The translations under genes were made by a program, and so were the position numbers. From positions 4,896,001 to 4,960,000 of the forward strand of contig OZ242358.1 of NCBI GenBank assembly GCA_965208835.1: a stretch of DNA of 64,000 bases, read 5' to 3'. A model generated the notes under the pieces. The model saw only the letters and a program-made list of their open reading frames with translations, did no database searches and had not been told where the DNA came from. Origin of the DNA: Candidatus Latescibacterota bacterium (GTDB taxonomy: Bacteria; Latescibacterota; UBA2968; GCA-2709665). The first letter of the stretch is position 1. Each line of letters opens with the position of its first letter. This document shows, piece by piece, positions 29,966-38,572 of this stretch.

Positions 29966-30390
29966 CTGTCAGCTATCAGCTGTCAGCTAAAACCAAAGGC
30001 GAGAATCAAAGGCAGCTTAAGGCAAGAACCAAAGTCAAAGGCAAGCCCTCCCCGTCACCCCGCAGACCTCTCAAAATAGCTATCAGCTATCAGCCGTCAG
30101 CTGTCAGATAAAAGCCAAACCGAATCAGTTGACGTCAGCGTTTTAGTACACACGGCCGCGAAAGACGCAGACCTCTCAAAATAGCTGTCAGCTATCAGCC
30201 GTCAGCCAAGAGCGAAAGGCAGAGTCAAGGGCAACCCCTCCACCCACACCCCCACAGACCTCTCAAAACAGCTATCAGCTATCAGCTGTCAGCTAAGAGT
30301 CAGAGGCAAAGTCAAAGACAACCCCTTCGCCCACACCCCCACAGACCTCTCCCCCCAAGCCCCCTCTCCTGTGAGGAGAGGGGGTGGAGA
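29962..30390 (+). repeat. Array of CAGACCTCTC(AAAA)-(AGCT[A/G]TC)n units
   Basis: CAGACCTCTC at 30063, 30168, 30255, 30342. Confidence 0.8.
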
Positions 30391-30738
30391 ACCAGCTGTC
30401 GCGTGCCGGTCATCTATGGACACTATCATTGAAAGGAAATCGCCAGCCCGGCAGGTTTGCCAGCCCAGGACATCAACCCATCACCGTTCCCCCTTCCTTC
30501 GAGAAGGGGGCCAGGGGGTAGGTCCGGGGACGGGGGAGGGGAAAGCGGGCGTTGCTTTATCGATGTCTTATATGTGCTTTGATCAGAGGGAAGATGAATG
30601 AGGGGGTGGATAAACATGCGGACTCACACGGAGACGCGGAGGCGCGAAAATACGCGAAAAAGGCTTTGAGGTGACGACAAAAAAAGCCGCGGCAGAGACT
30701 GTCCCGGCTTTCGCGTCTGAATGAAAAAGCGAGTCATT

Positions 30739-31125
30739 TTAATCCGGGGATCGGTTGTGGAGGAACGGCGGCGGCTCCCTGAATCCCTCGCTCCCCTTGG
30801 CCTTCTCCTCGGAAAACCACTTCCGGAACATTTGGTCGCGTTCATTCCGACCTTCTTCACGGCCCCGTCGAAGTCCCCGTTTGAGATTCCACTGTTTAAC
30901 CGCCTCGTGTACGCCCAGCATAACGTCTTTCACCTCCAATACGAAGAATGAAGCTGTCACAGCAAAAAGCCCGATAGCCCCTGCGTCCGCCACGATGGTA
31001 AAATTCAATTGAAAATCATCGCGACTGGAAGATCGCAGAATTCCGCCACCGATGAAGAATGCCACGAACAGTAACGAAAATATGCTCCTGTCCGTTACGC
31101 TCCATACAGATTCTCTCTCGTCCAT
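30739..31125 (-). CDS. Small hypothetical membrane protein with GREEG motif
   Basis: Two hydrophobic segments, RRGREEGRNE; terminator-like hairpin at ~30680-30711. Confidence 0.55.
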   Translation of the reverse strand: MDERESVWSVTDRSIFSLLFVAFFIGGGILRSSSRDDFQLNFTIVADAGAIGLFAVTASFFVLEVKDVMLGVHEAVKQWNLKRGLRRGREEGRNERDQMFRKWFSEEKAKGSEGFREPPPFLHNRSPD

Positions 31126-31278
31126 CCAGGCGACACCTTAATTACGAATTTACACGAAAAAAGGCATTGAGGCAACACCACAACTGCGAATTGCACGAAG
31201 GGACGGGAAGAAAGAAATTCAGGCTACAGCCTGTGGAGATATTATGTGTAAACGCAAATAGACGCCATACGGCCGGGG

Positions 31279-34200
31279 TCACCGGATCAGGATCAACCGC
31301 CGGGTATCCTGGAACCCGTTGGCGACGATGACCTGGTAGAAGTAGACGCCGCTCGAGACGGGTGCGCCGCGGTTGTCCGTTCCGCTCCATTGCACCGTAT
31401 AGCGGCCGGGCGCCTGGCGTTCGCGCACGAGCGTGCGCACCTCCTGGCCCAGCAGGTTGTAGATCCTCAGGATCACGTCCCCGCCTTCGGCCAGATCATA
31501 CGGTATGCTCGTCTGAGGGTTGAACGGGTTCGGATAGTTCCGGTGCAGCGCGAACTCCGCCGGTGGGCTCCGCACCTCCAGCGCGCCCGACGCCGCCACC
31601 GGGTTCCTCAGCCGATCCGCGTCGAACACCACGCCCCGCGCGATCTCGAAGCGGGCGACCTCCTCGAACGCCCCGAGGACCCGGAACGTGAAGGTCGCCA
31701 GCGGTCCCCCGCCGCTGACCGATCCCGATCCGACAATGGCGTTGGCCACCGGGACCCGGCCTTCATCCGGCCAGTTCCCGAACAGCGGCGTCCCGCCGCC
31801 CGTCGACTTCAGCAGGTCGCCTTCCGCCGGAGCGACCGTGACGAACTCGAACTTCCCGGCGTCATACAGCAGCTCCAGACCGTAGCCGTTCAGCCGCCTG
31901 GCGTTGGCCGTGGACACGGTCATCGAGATCGTCCCGCCGGGAGGCGCCATCTCGCCGGCCAGCTCGAGCGTCATCTCCACGTTGGCGTTCACGCCGGCAC
32001 GGCGCGCGGCGACGGCGAGCTTGCCGCCGGCAGGCGGTACGGCCGTGCGTCCGAACGATGCCGCCACGGTTGCGTAGTCGGAAAAGTCCACGACCCCGTC
32101 GTCATTCACGTCGGCCTGCGGGTTGTAGGCCGCGTCGCCCCTCCGGGCGCCGAAGGCGCTCGCGAATGCGACGACGTCCTCGAAGTCAAGCTCGAGGGTG
32201 CCGCCGCCGGACGGAAGCACGATGAGGTAAACCGGATCGCCCGCGGCGTCCACGAACTTCGCGCGGACGGAGATGTTGTCCACGGTGACCAATTGACCGG
32301 GCGTGACGTTGTCGTCGTCAAACGCGTCGATGCGATAGGCCAGAGACGCCACGCTGTCCGGCAGGTGCTCGTCCGCGAACCCCGTGGAACCCGGAGGCAG
32401 CGCGGCGATCTCCTCGAGGTCATCCGCTGTCGCGCCCCGCATCACCCTGTAGCCCTTCACACCCGGGACCGGAATGCTGTAACCCCGAAAGGGCCAGAAT
32501 CCGACCGTCCGGTCATCGGCCGAAGCCGTCCACCGCAGTACCACACCGCCGGCGCCTTCGCCGCTGACGCCGGTAACCGGGGCGGGAGGAATATTGTCCA
32601 CGGCGCCGGCCGGCGCCTCCGTAACCGTGCGGGCGGATACCAGCAGGCCGCCGCCCCCGGTGGACGTCCGGAGATGCTTCGGAACCGGGGCGCTGCCCGC
32701 CAGTGCGCCCGCGTTGGGACGAACGGGAACAAAGACCAGGTCCCTCCGATCGCCGACGACGGACCCGGCGACGTCTTCGGGCGCGACGGACCCGTCCATC
32801 GGTTCCTCGACCGACCGGACCGGTTCGTGCGGGATACCCAGCAGCCGTAGCGTCCGCTGTACGCTCTCCCTCGTAAAGACGCGCTTGCCGGGCGCGGCCG
32901 CATCCGACCTGCCTCCGCCCCCCACGGACCTGACGCCCCAGCGGGTGGCCGCGTTGTCCAGCGCGGGGATCACGGCGCGCAGCAAGGCCCCTCCCGGGTC
33001 ACCGGTTTCACCGCCGCTGTCCGCGGCCGGGACGATGCTCGCCCAGTGCATCCACACTTTACCGGGCACTTCGCCGTGGACTTCGTTTCCTTCCTCATCG
33101 TACCCCTTGAGCGTCGTCTCGACTTCCCTTTCGATCAGATAGCGAATCACGGCGCCGTTCCGCGCGGGTTTCGGAAAGCCGATCAGCACCATGCCGCCCT
33201 GATCGCCCTGACCGTCCGCGCCAAGATAGTCCGCGACCACGATGTTCGCGGGCGCGGCCGGGGCGCCCGGCGCCGATCCGGGACCGCCCCCATGCGCGAA
33301 ACTCACCGTCACGCTGCCCGTCAGCGCGCCGGTCACGGCATCGCCGCCCGTACCGGTGACCAGGTCCCGGTCGACCGTGCGCACGGCGATCGTGGCGCTG
33401 CCTTCCAGATCGGCGGCCACCGCGCCGAAATCGGCGCCGCCAGCCGTTACTTCCTGCCGGCCGAAGGGCACGGTTACCGCGGCGTTGCTGGAAGCGAACG
33501 CAACGGCCACCGATTCATACGTCGCCGAATCGGGCGTTGGATCGATCTTCATACTCGGGTTGCCGAACTCGTCCGCGGGAACCACACGGACCGTAAACGC
33601 GCCGGAAACGGCGCCTGTAGCGTCGCGGCCCTCGATGGCCGTTACCACAAACCGGGACATTTCGGAGGCGCCGACGTGTACGAGGCCATCGAGCCACCCC
33701 GCCGTTGCCAGGGAGTCGGTGCCGGTGACCGGGTCGCTGAATCCCGCCTCGGCCATCACGGTGACGTTTCTGAGCGGTTTTGTCGATGTGAAACTGACGT
33801 CACGCCGGCCCGCGTTCCATCCGTCGCCGTCCAGAACGGCGGCTCTCGCCACCATGCCCGCGCCGGCCAGGTCGGCGGGGAGGGAATAGTCCGGCGCATC
33901 GGTTACGCCGGCCCCGCTGAAGCTCACGCCGGCGAGCGCGCGGGCCTGGTCTCCCGAAACGATGACCGCCAACGCCGCAACCCGATGATAGGTCACTGCG
34001 GGAACGTCGGTTTCCTCGTTGCGGGTCAGTGAGGTGTCCAGCGCGGTAATCCGCACCGAGAATTCCTGACCGGCAACCACGGAGTCCGCCTGATCCGGCG
34101 CGGCGGCGACCTTGAATACGTCGGCGTTCGGATTCAGGAAGCCCCTGGTGAACGTGAGCGTCCCGCCGTCGGTCACGCTGGCGTTGCCGGCGAGGTCGAT

Positions 34201-35934
34201 CGCCAGAATCTGCAGGTCGTACCGGGTCCGGTCCAGGAATCTCGTATCGTCCACCGGCCAGCTCGCAAGTACGCCGGTGGACTCCAGCCGGCGGTTGCCC
34301 GGGCCGAAACGCTGTACGACGGCCGCGCCGCCGCCGGTCTCGACGTAACGGATGGAAAGGGAATCCAACGCCTCGTCGATGGTGAAGACCGGATTTCGGG
34401 TGGCCAGGTTGATGGTGGGCTCGCCGCCGTTGTCCGCGTCTCTGGGCGCGGCGGCAGCGGATGGGAACAGCTCACCGATCACCGGCGCCTTCTCATCGTA
34501 CCAGATGCCCTTCAATTCCATCGAGGACATGTTCCCGAGGCTGTCCCAGACCTCGATCGTCAGGTCTGCCCGTTTCCCGCCGGCCCTGCCGTATTTCCAG
34601 GGAAGACCGAGCACGGCAGTGGAATCGCTGCCGGTTGGCGCCATACCCTCATCGGGTGCGCCTGCGTCATCGATAGCGACGCTGCCAATGCCGTGGGTGC
34701 TGTCTCCATGGGTGATCCTGATCGAGTCAGGAACTTCGCTGAGTTCAAACTCAAGCGGCTTCAACCTGCGGTTGGTTTGAACACCCTGTTCCTCGCCTGG
34801 CAGGGGTATATAACCCGAAAGCGTTTGCGTGACGGCCGCCGAGATCCGGTCATCCATGTTGTCCGGATGGGGGTGGACGATCGCAATCCGCGGCCGGGTC
34901 GCGTCCGCGATCCATTCCACACCGTTGGGATCGAAGACACCGGCCATTCCGTGCCCGGCACTGACGGGAGATGCGGTCGGAGCATCCATCGAAGTGCCGC
35001 CCAGGTTTCCGGCGGGATCCACGAGGTAGGCTTCGACGCGTACCCGCCGGTTATCGGCAAAATCGCCTTCCTCAAGTTCCTTCGAAGCCCGCAGGTTCGC
35101 GCTGTATAACCTGTCTCCGAGAATCTCAAAGGAAACCGGCGCCGTGGAAAACGCAGAGTCTTCCTCCACGATTCCCGCCCGAATGCCGTACGCTCCCGAA
35201 TTGATCACATGGCCGGTGTTGAGATCGAGTCTGATCCGGATTTCGTCTCCAATTCCGAACCTCACGCGTTCAATCAGCCCGGCCTCCGTGGTATCGACAC
35301 CCAGGTCTTCCGTTACAACGGAGAACGACGTGAACGCGCCCGTGTGGACCGGGCGATTGGCGTCGATGCCGAACCGCACCCCGTCGCCGACCCTGCTGGC
35401 GCCGAAACCCGAGGACGCGGGAGTGATCTTCCTGTCGTTCATCAGGTTGTTCAATTCGTTACCGGTCGTGATCGCGTCGAGGTCGACCACAACCTTCACC
35501 GCCCGGTTGTCTTTCGACCCAAAGGCTGCAGCTTGCGGGGATACGGTTATGGAAATACGGAACGTATCGACACCTGATGCCTCGCCGTCGCCAAACGTGA
35601 CGCCGTCCGGCGGATCAGCGGAATCGGGTATATATATATTGTAATAGATAAACCCATCGTCGTCGTCGGTCCCGCCGGGCGTGGCGCCGACGTCGTCGTC
35701 GTCGAGCGTTGCGTCAACCACCGAGACGCGGAAGCCGTGGTCGAGAATGCCATCGTACGTCAGAATGCGGATTTCGATCCGGTCGTCGATTCCAACCCAC
35801 GTACCGGCGGCAGGTTTGTCGACGCGAATTGCGATACCCTTCGTGTCCGCGACTTCCTGCGGCCACGCGACGCGGACAAAGCCAACAACCATCTGGAACG
35901 CCAGAACCGGACCCAGAACCCTGCGCAGCGCCAT
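31279..35934 (-). CDS. Second large secreted surface protein, paralogue of 20884-25587
   Basis: Collinear motifs (DEFGNPSMKI, GDQGGMV, RVFT.ESVQ.TL, QADVNDDG.VDF.D, PNPFNPQT). Confidence 0.82.
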   Translation of the reverse strand: MALRRVLGPVLAFQMVVGFVRVAWPQEVADTKGIAIRVDKPAAGTWVGIDDRIEIRILTYDGILDHGFRVSVVDATLDDDDVGATPGGTDDDDGFIYYNIYIPDSADPPDGVTFGDGEASGVDTFRISITVSPQAAAFGSKDNRAVKVVVDLDAITTGNELNNLMNDRKITPASSGFGASRVGDGVRFGIDANRPVHTGAFTSFSVVTEDLGVDTTEAGLIERVRFGIGDEIRIRLDLNTGHVINSGAYGIRAGIVEEDSAFSTAPVSFEILGDRLYSANLRASKELEEGDFADNRRVRVEAYLVDPAGNLGGTSMDAPTASPVSAGHGMAGVFDPNGVEWIADATRPRIAIVHPHPDNMDDRISAAVTQTLSGYIPLPGEEQGVQTNRRLKPLEFELSEVPDSIRITHGDSTHGIGSVAIDDAGAPDEGMAPTGSDSTAVLGLPWKYGRAGGKRADLTIEVWDSLGNMSSMELKGIWYDEKAPVIGELFPSAAAAPRDADNGGEPTINLATRNPVFTIDEALDSLSIRYVETGGGAAVVQRFGPGNRRLESTGVLASWPVDDTRFLDRTRYDLQILAIDLAGNASVTDGGTLTFTRGFLNPNADVFKVAAAPDQADSVVAGQEFSVRITALDTSLTRNEETDVPAVTYHRVAALAVIVSGDQARALAGVSFSGAGVTDAPDYSLPADLAGAGMVARAAVLDGDGWNAGRRDVSFTSTKPLRNVTVMAEAGFSDPVTGTDSLATAGWLDGLVHVGASEMSRFVVTAIEGRDATGAVSGAFTVRVVPADEFGNPSMKIDPTPDSATYESVAVAFASSNAAVTVPFGRQEVTAGGADFGAVAADLEGSATIAVRTVDRDLVTGTGGDAVTGALTGSVTVSFAHGGGPGSAPGAPAAPANIVVADYLGADGQGDQGGMVLIGFPKPARNGAVIRYLIEREVETTLKGYDEEGNEVHGEVPGKVWMHWASIVPAADSGGETGDPGGALLRAVIPALDNAATRWGVRSVGGGGRSDAAAPGKRVFTRESVQRTLRLLGIPHEPVRSVEEPMDGSVAPEDVAGSVVGDRRDLVFVPVRPNAGALAGSAPVPKHLRTSTGGGGLLVSARTVTEAPAGAVDNIPPAPVTGVSGEGAGGVVLRWTASADDRTVGFWPFRGYSIPVPGVKGYRVMRGATADDLEEIAALPPGSTGFADEHLPDSVASLAYRIDAFDDDNVTPGQLVTVDNISVRAKFVDAAGDPVYLIVLPSGGGTLELDFEDVVAFASAFGARRGDAAYNPQADVNDDGVVDFSDYATVAASFGRTAVPPAGGKLAVAARRAGVNANVEMTLELAGEMAPPGGTISMTVSTANARRLNGYGLELLYDAGKFEFVTVAPAEGDLLKSTGGGTPLFGNWPDEGRVPVANAIVGSGSVSGGGPLATFTFRVLGAFEEVARFEIARGVVFDADRLRNPVAASGALEVRSPPAEFALHRNYPNPFNPQTSIPYDLAEGGDVILRIYNLLGQEVRTLVRERQAPGRYTVQWSGTDNRGAPVSSGVYFYQVIVANGFQDTRRLILIR

Positions 35935-36297
35935 CGCCAACCTCCGTGTGAATCAGACCGTTCCCGTTAACCCGCCTTGCGGCGACCGAACCTCAGTCGG
36001 CGGCAAGTACGGCAAAATGCATGCCAGCGGATGGCGGAACGCCGGGACGGGTGACGCGGGAAGGATGACAACGTGAGTTGGGCGAGACGGGGATGCGGGA
36101 GACGTTGACGCCGCGGTTGCGGAAACCTGCGTCGACGCTGCGCTGGAAGGCGATATGGCGGGGAGTCGGGACAGAAACGCTGCGGCAGATACGAAAGATG
36201 CCTCAGCCATCAGGGAGATTCATGGCGTGAGGCATCGGGAGGCGAGATACGAAGGAGGATGGAACTTTTCGTTCAATTGGGTGAAAGAAAGAGGCTA

Positions 36298-36472
36298 ATG
36301 GCGGGCAGAGGTGAGAGGGGAGACGTTAGACGGGAGAGATTACCTGCCTTGAGAGGATACATTTCGTGCCGAAGGCAAGGAGGAAAAACATACCGGGCGA
36401 GGATTTCTTCTCCCGTCTCACCTCTCCCGTCTCCCCGCCTTTTTTCTACCGTCTTACCTCTACCCGCCTTTC
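36298..36472 (+). repeat. Heptamer-armed hairpin element, copy H
   Basis: Core CCTGCCTTGAGAGGATACATTTCGTGCCGAAGGCAAG. Confidence 0.85.
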
Positions 36473-36478
36473 GGCCGG

Positions 36479-36922
36479 CTATTCCTTCACAACCCACACC
36501 TTCACTGTGGCGCTGACGTCGGCGTGAAGCCGGATGGAGACGTCGTAGACGCCGAGAGCGCGGATGGGTTCCTCTAGCTCGATCAACCGCCGGTCGATCT
36601 CGAAGCCCTGCTCGACGAGATGCTCGGAAATGTGCTGCGTGGTCACGGAGCCGAAAATATGGTCTTCCTTGCCCACCGCAACCGGTATGGTGCAGGATGC
36701 CTTTTCGAGCTTCTTCGACAGCGCCACGGCGTCGCGCTGGGCGCGGTTGTGGCGGGCCTCCTTCTGGCGCTTGAGCTCCTCGTAGACCTTCATATTACCC
36801 CTGCTGGCGACGAGGGCCAGATTCCGGGGGAGGAGGAAGTTCCTGGCGTACCCGTCCTTCACGTCCACGACGGACCCGGCATCGCCCAGGTTGTCCAGTG
36901 TTTCGGTAAGAATGATTTTCAT
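36479..36922 (-). CDS. rplI: 50S ribosomal protein L9
   Basis: MKIIL...LGDAGSVVDVKDGYARNFLLP, FGSVT. Confidence 0.97.
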   Translation of the reverse strand: MKIILTETLDNLGDAGSVVDVKDGYARNFLLPRNLALVASRGNMKVYEELKRQKEARHNRAQRDAVALSKKLEKASCTIPVAVGKEDHIFGSVTTQHISEHLVEQGFEIDRRLIELEEPIRALGVYDVSIRLHADVSATVKVWVVKE

Positions 36923-37071
36923 AGTGGTTCCCTTTCCATCTGCGCATTGGCCAAATGGCTGTTTGCGTTAGTAATTGAAAGAGGGTAGACGTAAGACGTA
37001 AGACGGGAGATGATATGAGTGCCCTATCGGCTTAAAAGATGTAAAAACAATGGCTAAGTTATCCGCCTGGG

Positions 37072-37431
37072 TTAACGTGAAACTTTGCTAATCAATCCTG
37101 ACAGCAAACCAAACATTCGGTTCATTGTTTCTGTTATTGACTGAACGTCATCCTCCGAACACAATTGGAGGTTTAGTGCAATTTCAAGCTGAGTATCCAA
37201 CTCAACCAACGAACTCCTGGCTATTTCGAGAAATCTTCTACGTTCAGAATTCGAAGATCTCGCTGATCCTTCGGCGATGTTGGACGGTATTGAGACAGCA
37301 GATCGTCGCAACTGGCTGGTAATGCCAAAAAGCTCGGTGGAGGGGAATTCAGCGGTCAGGGTATAAATCTCGTTAACCAGATCAATGCTCTTTTGCCATA
37401 CTACAAGCTTCTTGTGGCTGAGTTCCATCAT
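37072..37431 (-). CDS. Four helix bundle protein (23S rRNA IVP / Avd-like family)
   Basis: LVVWQKS, FPSTELFGITSQLRRSAVSIPSNIAEG, ARSSLVELDTQL; AT-rich relative to neighbours. Confidence 0.92.
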   Translation of the reverse strand: MMELSHKKLVVWQKSIDLVNEIYTLTAEFPSTELFGITSQLRRSAVSIPSNIAEGSARSSNSERRRFLEIARSSLVELDTQLEIALNLQLCSEDDVQSITETMNRMFGLLSGLISKVSR

Positions 37432-37501
37432 TGTGTCTTGGGTCTATCCTTTTTGACCCGCCACGGGACCAGGCAGCGAGGTTCTTTCTCCCAAGTCTTC
37501 C

Positions 37502-37745
37502 CGAGGTTAGACGAAAGACGTAAGAGGGGAGAAGACCACACCACACCCCACCTCCTGGTGAGACGTGAGCCGGGAGAGGGGGAAAAAACCGGGTAGACGG
37601 GAGACGTAAGACGGGAGAAGATGTCCTCGCCGGCTATCTTATCCCTCCTTGCCTCCGGCACGAAAAGAAGCCGCACAAGGCAGGAAATCTCTACCCTCTA
37701 CCGTCTTACCTCTTCCCGCCTTTCTTCTACCGTCTCACCGCCTTT
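37502..37745 (-). repeat. Heptamer-armed hairpin element, copy J
   Basis: Inverted near-duplicate of copy B. Confidence 0.85.
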
Positions 37746-37968
37746 ACGACATGCTGTCCGTTGCAAAAGGCAACAGCGCGATCTGGCGGGCGCGTTTCAG
37801 GTGCCGGGTGAGGCTGCGCTGGTGCCGGGCGCACGTTCCCGATACGCGCCGGGGAATGATCTTTCCGCGGTCCGTGACGAACCGCTGCATCAGCCGTACG
37901 TCCTTATAGTCTATCGTCAACGCCTTGTCTTCGCAAAATCTGCAAACCTTCACCGTGGACCGGTTCAT
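37744..37968 (-). CDS. rpsR: 30S ribosomal protein S18
   Basis: [28 protein letters not shown]. Confidence 0.97.
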   Translation of the reverse strand: MNRSTVKVCRFCEDKALTIDYKDVRLMQRFVTDRGKIIPRRVSGTCARHQRSLTRHLKRARQIALLPFATDSMS

Positions 37969-38354
37969 GCTCCCTCCTCGTTCTCGACGCCGCTTTCGTC
38001 TTCCTCTTCCTCTTCGCCGCCATCCGCTTCGTCATCCTCGACCTCTTCCGGTTCTTCCTCCACCGGGGTTTCGTCCAGAACCACCAGGTGCCGCAGTAGG
38101 GACTCATCCAGCTTGAGTACGCGGTCGATTTCGGGAAGGGCCTCCGGCGGAGCCTCGAACCGGACGAACGTATAGTCTCCGCGGTTCTGCTTGCCGATAT
38201 CGTAGGCAAGCTTGCGGTTGCCCCAGCGATCCACCTCCACCGAGCGGCCGCCGCCTTCGGAAACGAGGCGATCGAAGCGCGCGACGAGATCGTCGACCGT
38301 GCCATCGGGCGCCTGCGGGTTGACAATGAGCGTGAGTTCGTAACGTCTGGACAT
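37965..38354 (-). CDS. rpsF: 30S ribosomal protein S6 with acidic tail
   Basis: [21 protein letters not shown]. Confidence 0.96.
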   Translation of the reverse strand: MSRRYELTLIVNPQAPDGTVDDLVARFDRLVSEGGGRSVEVDRWGNRKLAYDIGKQNRGDYTFVRFEAPPEALPEIDRVLKLDESLLRHLVVLDETPVEEEPEEVEDDEADGGEEEEEDESGVENEEGA

Positions 38355-38572
38355 GGAACCTCCCCCTGGACAAGTGGCCCGCGGGCAGCCCGACCGGGCG
38401 CGCGCGAGCGGGGTAATTGGGAAAACAGCTATCAGTGGTCAGACAAAAGCGAAAAGGCGGGCGACCACAAGGGTCGCCCCTACAAATACAATGTCGTTGC
38501 AGGAAGAAGTGATAGACGACAAAGTTACCGCCACTTCTTCTTTCTTCCTTTTTCCTTCTTCCTTTTGTTGAA

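Noticed and set aside
29962-30390. CRISPR array
   Set aside because: Repeats are degenerate heptamer runs, spacers resemble one another and vary in length, and no cas genes are present.
35950-36290. Purine-rich region / 85-aa ORF upstream of the second surface protein
   Set aside because: No recognisable motif, repeat unit or convincing RBS; cannot support a call.
37072-37431. Diversity-generating retroelement or 23S rRNA intervening sequence
   Set aside because: No reverse transcriptase, TR/VR pair or rRNA in the window; only the Avd-like gene.
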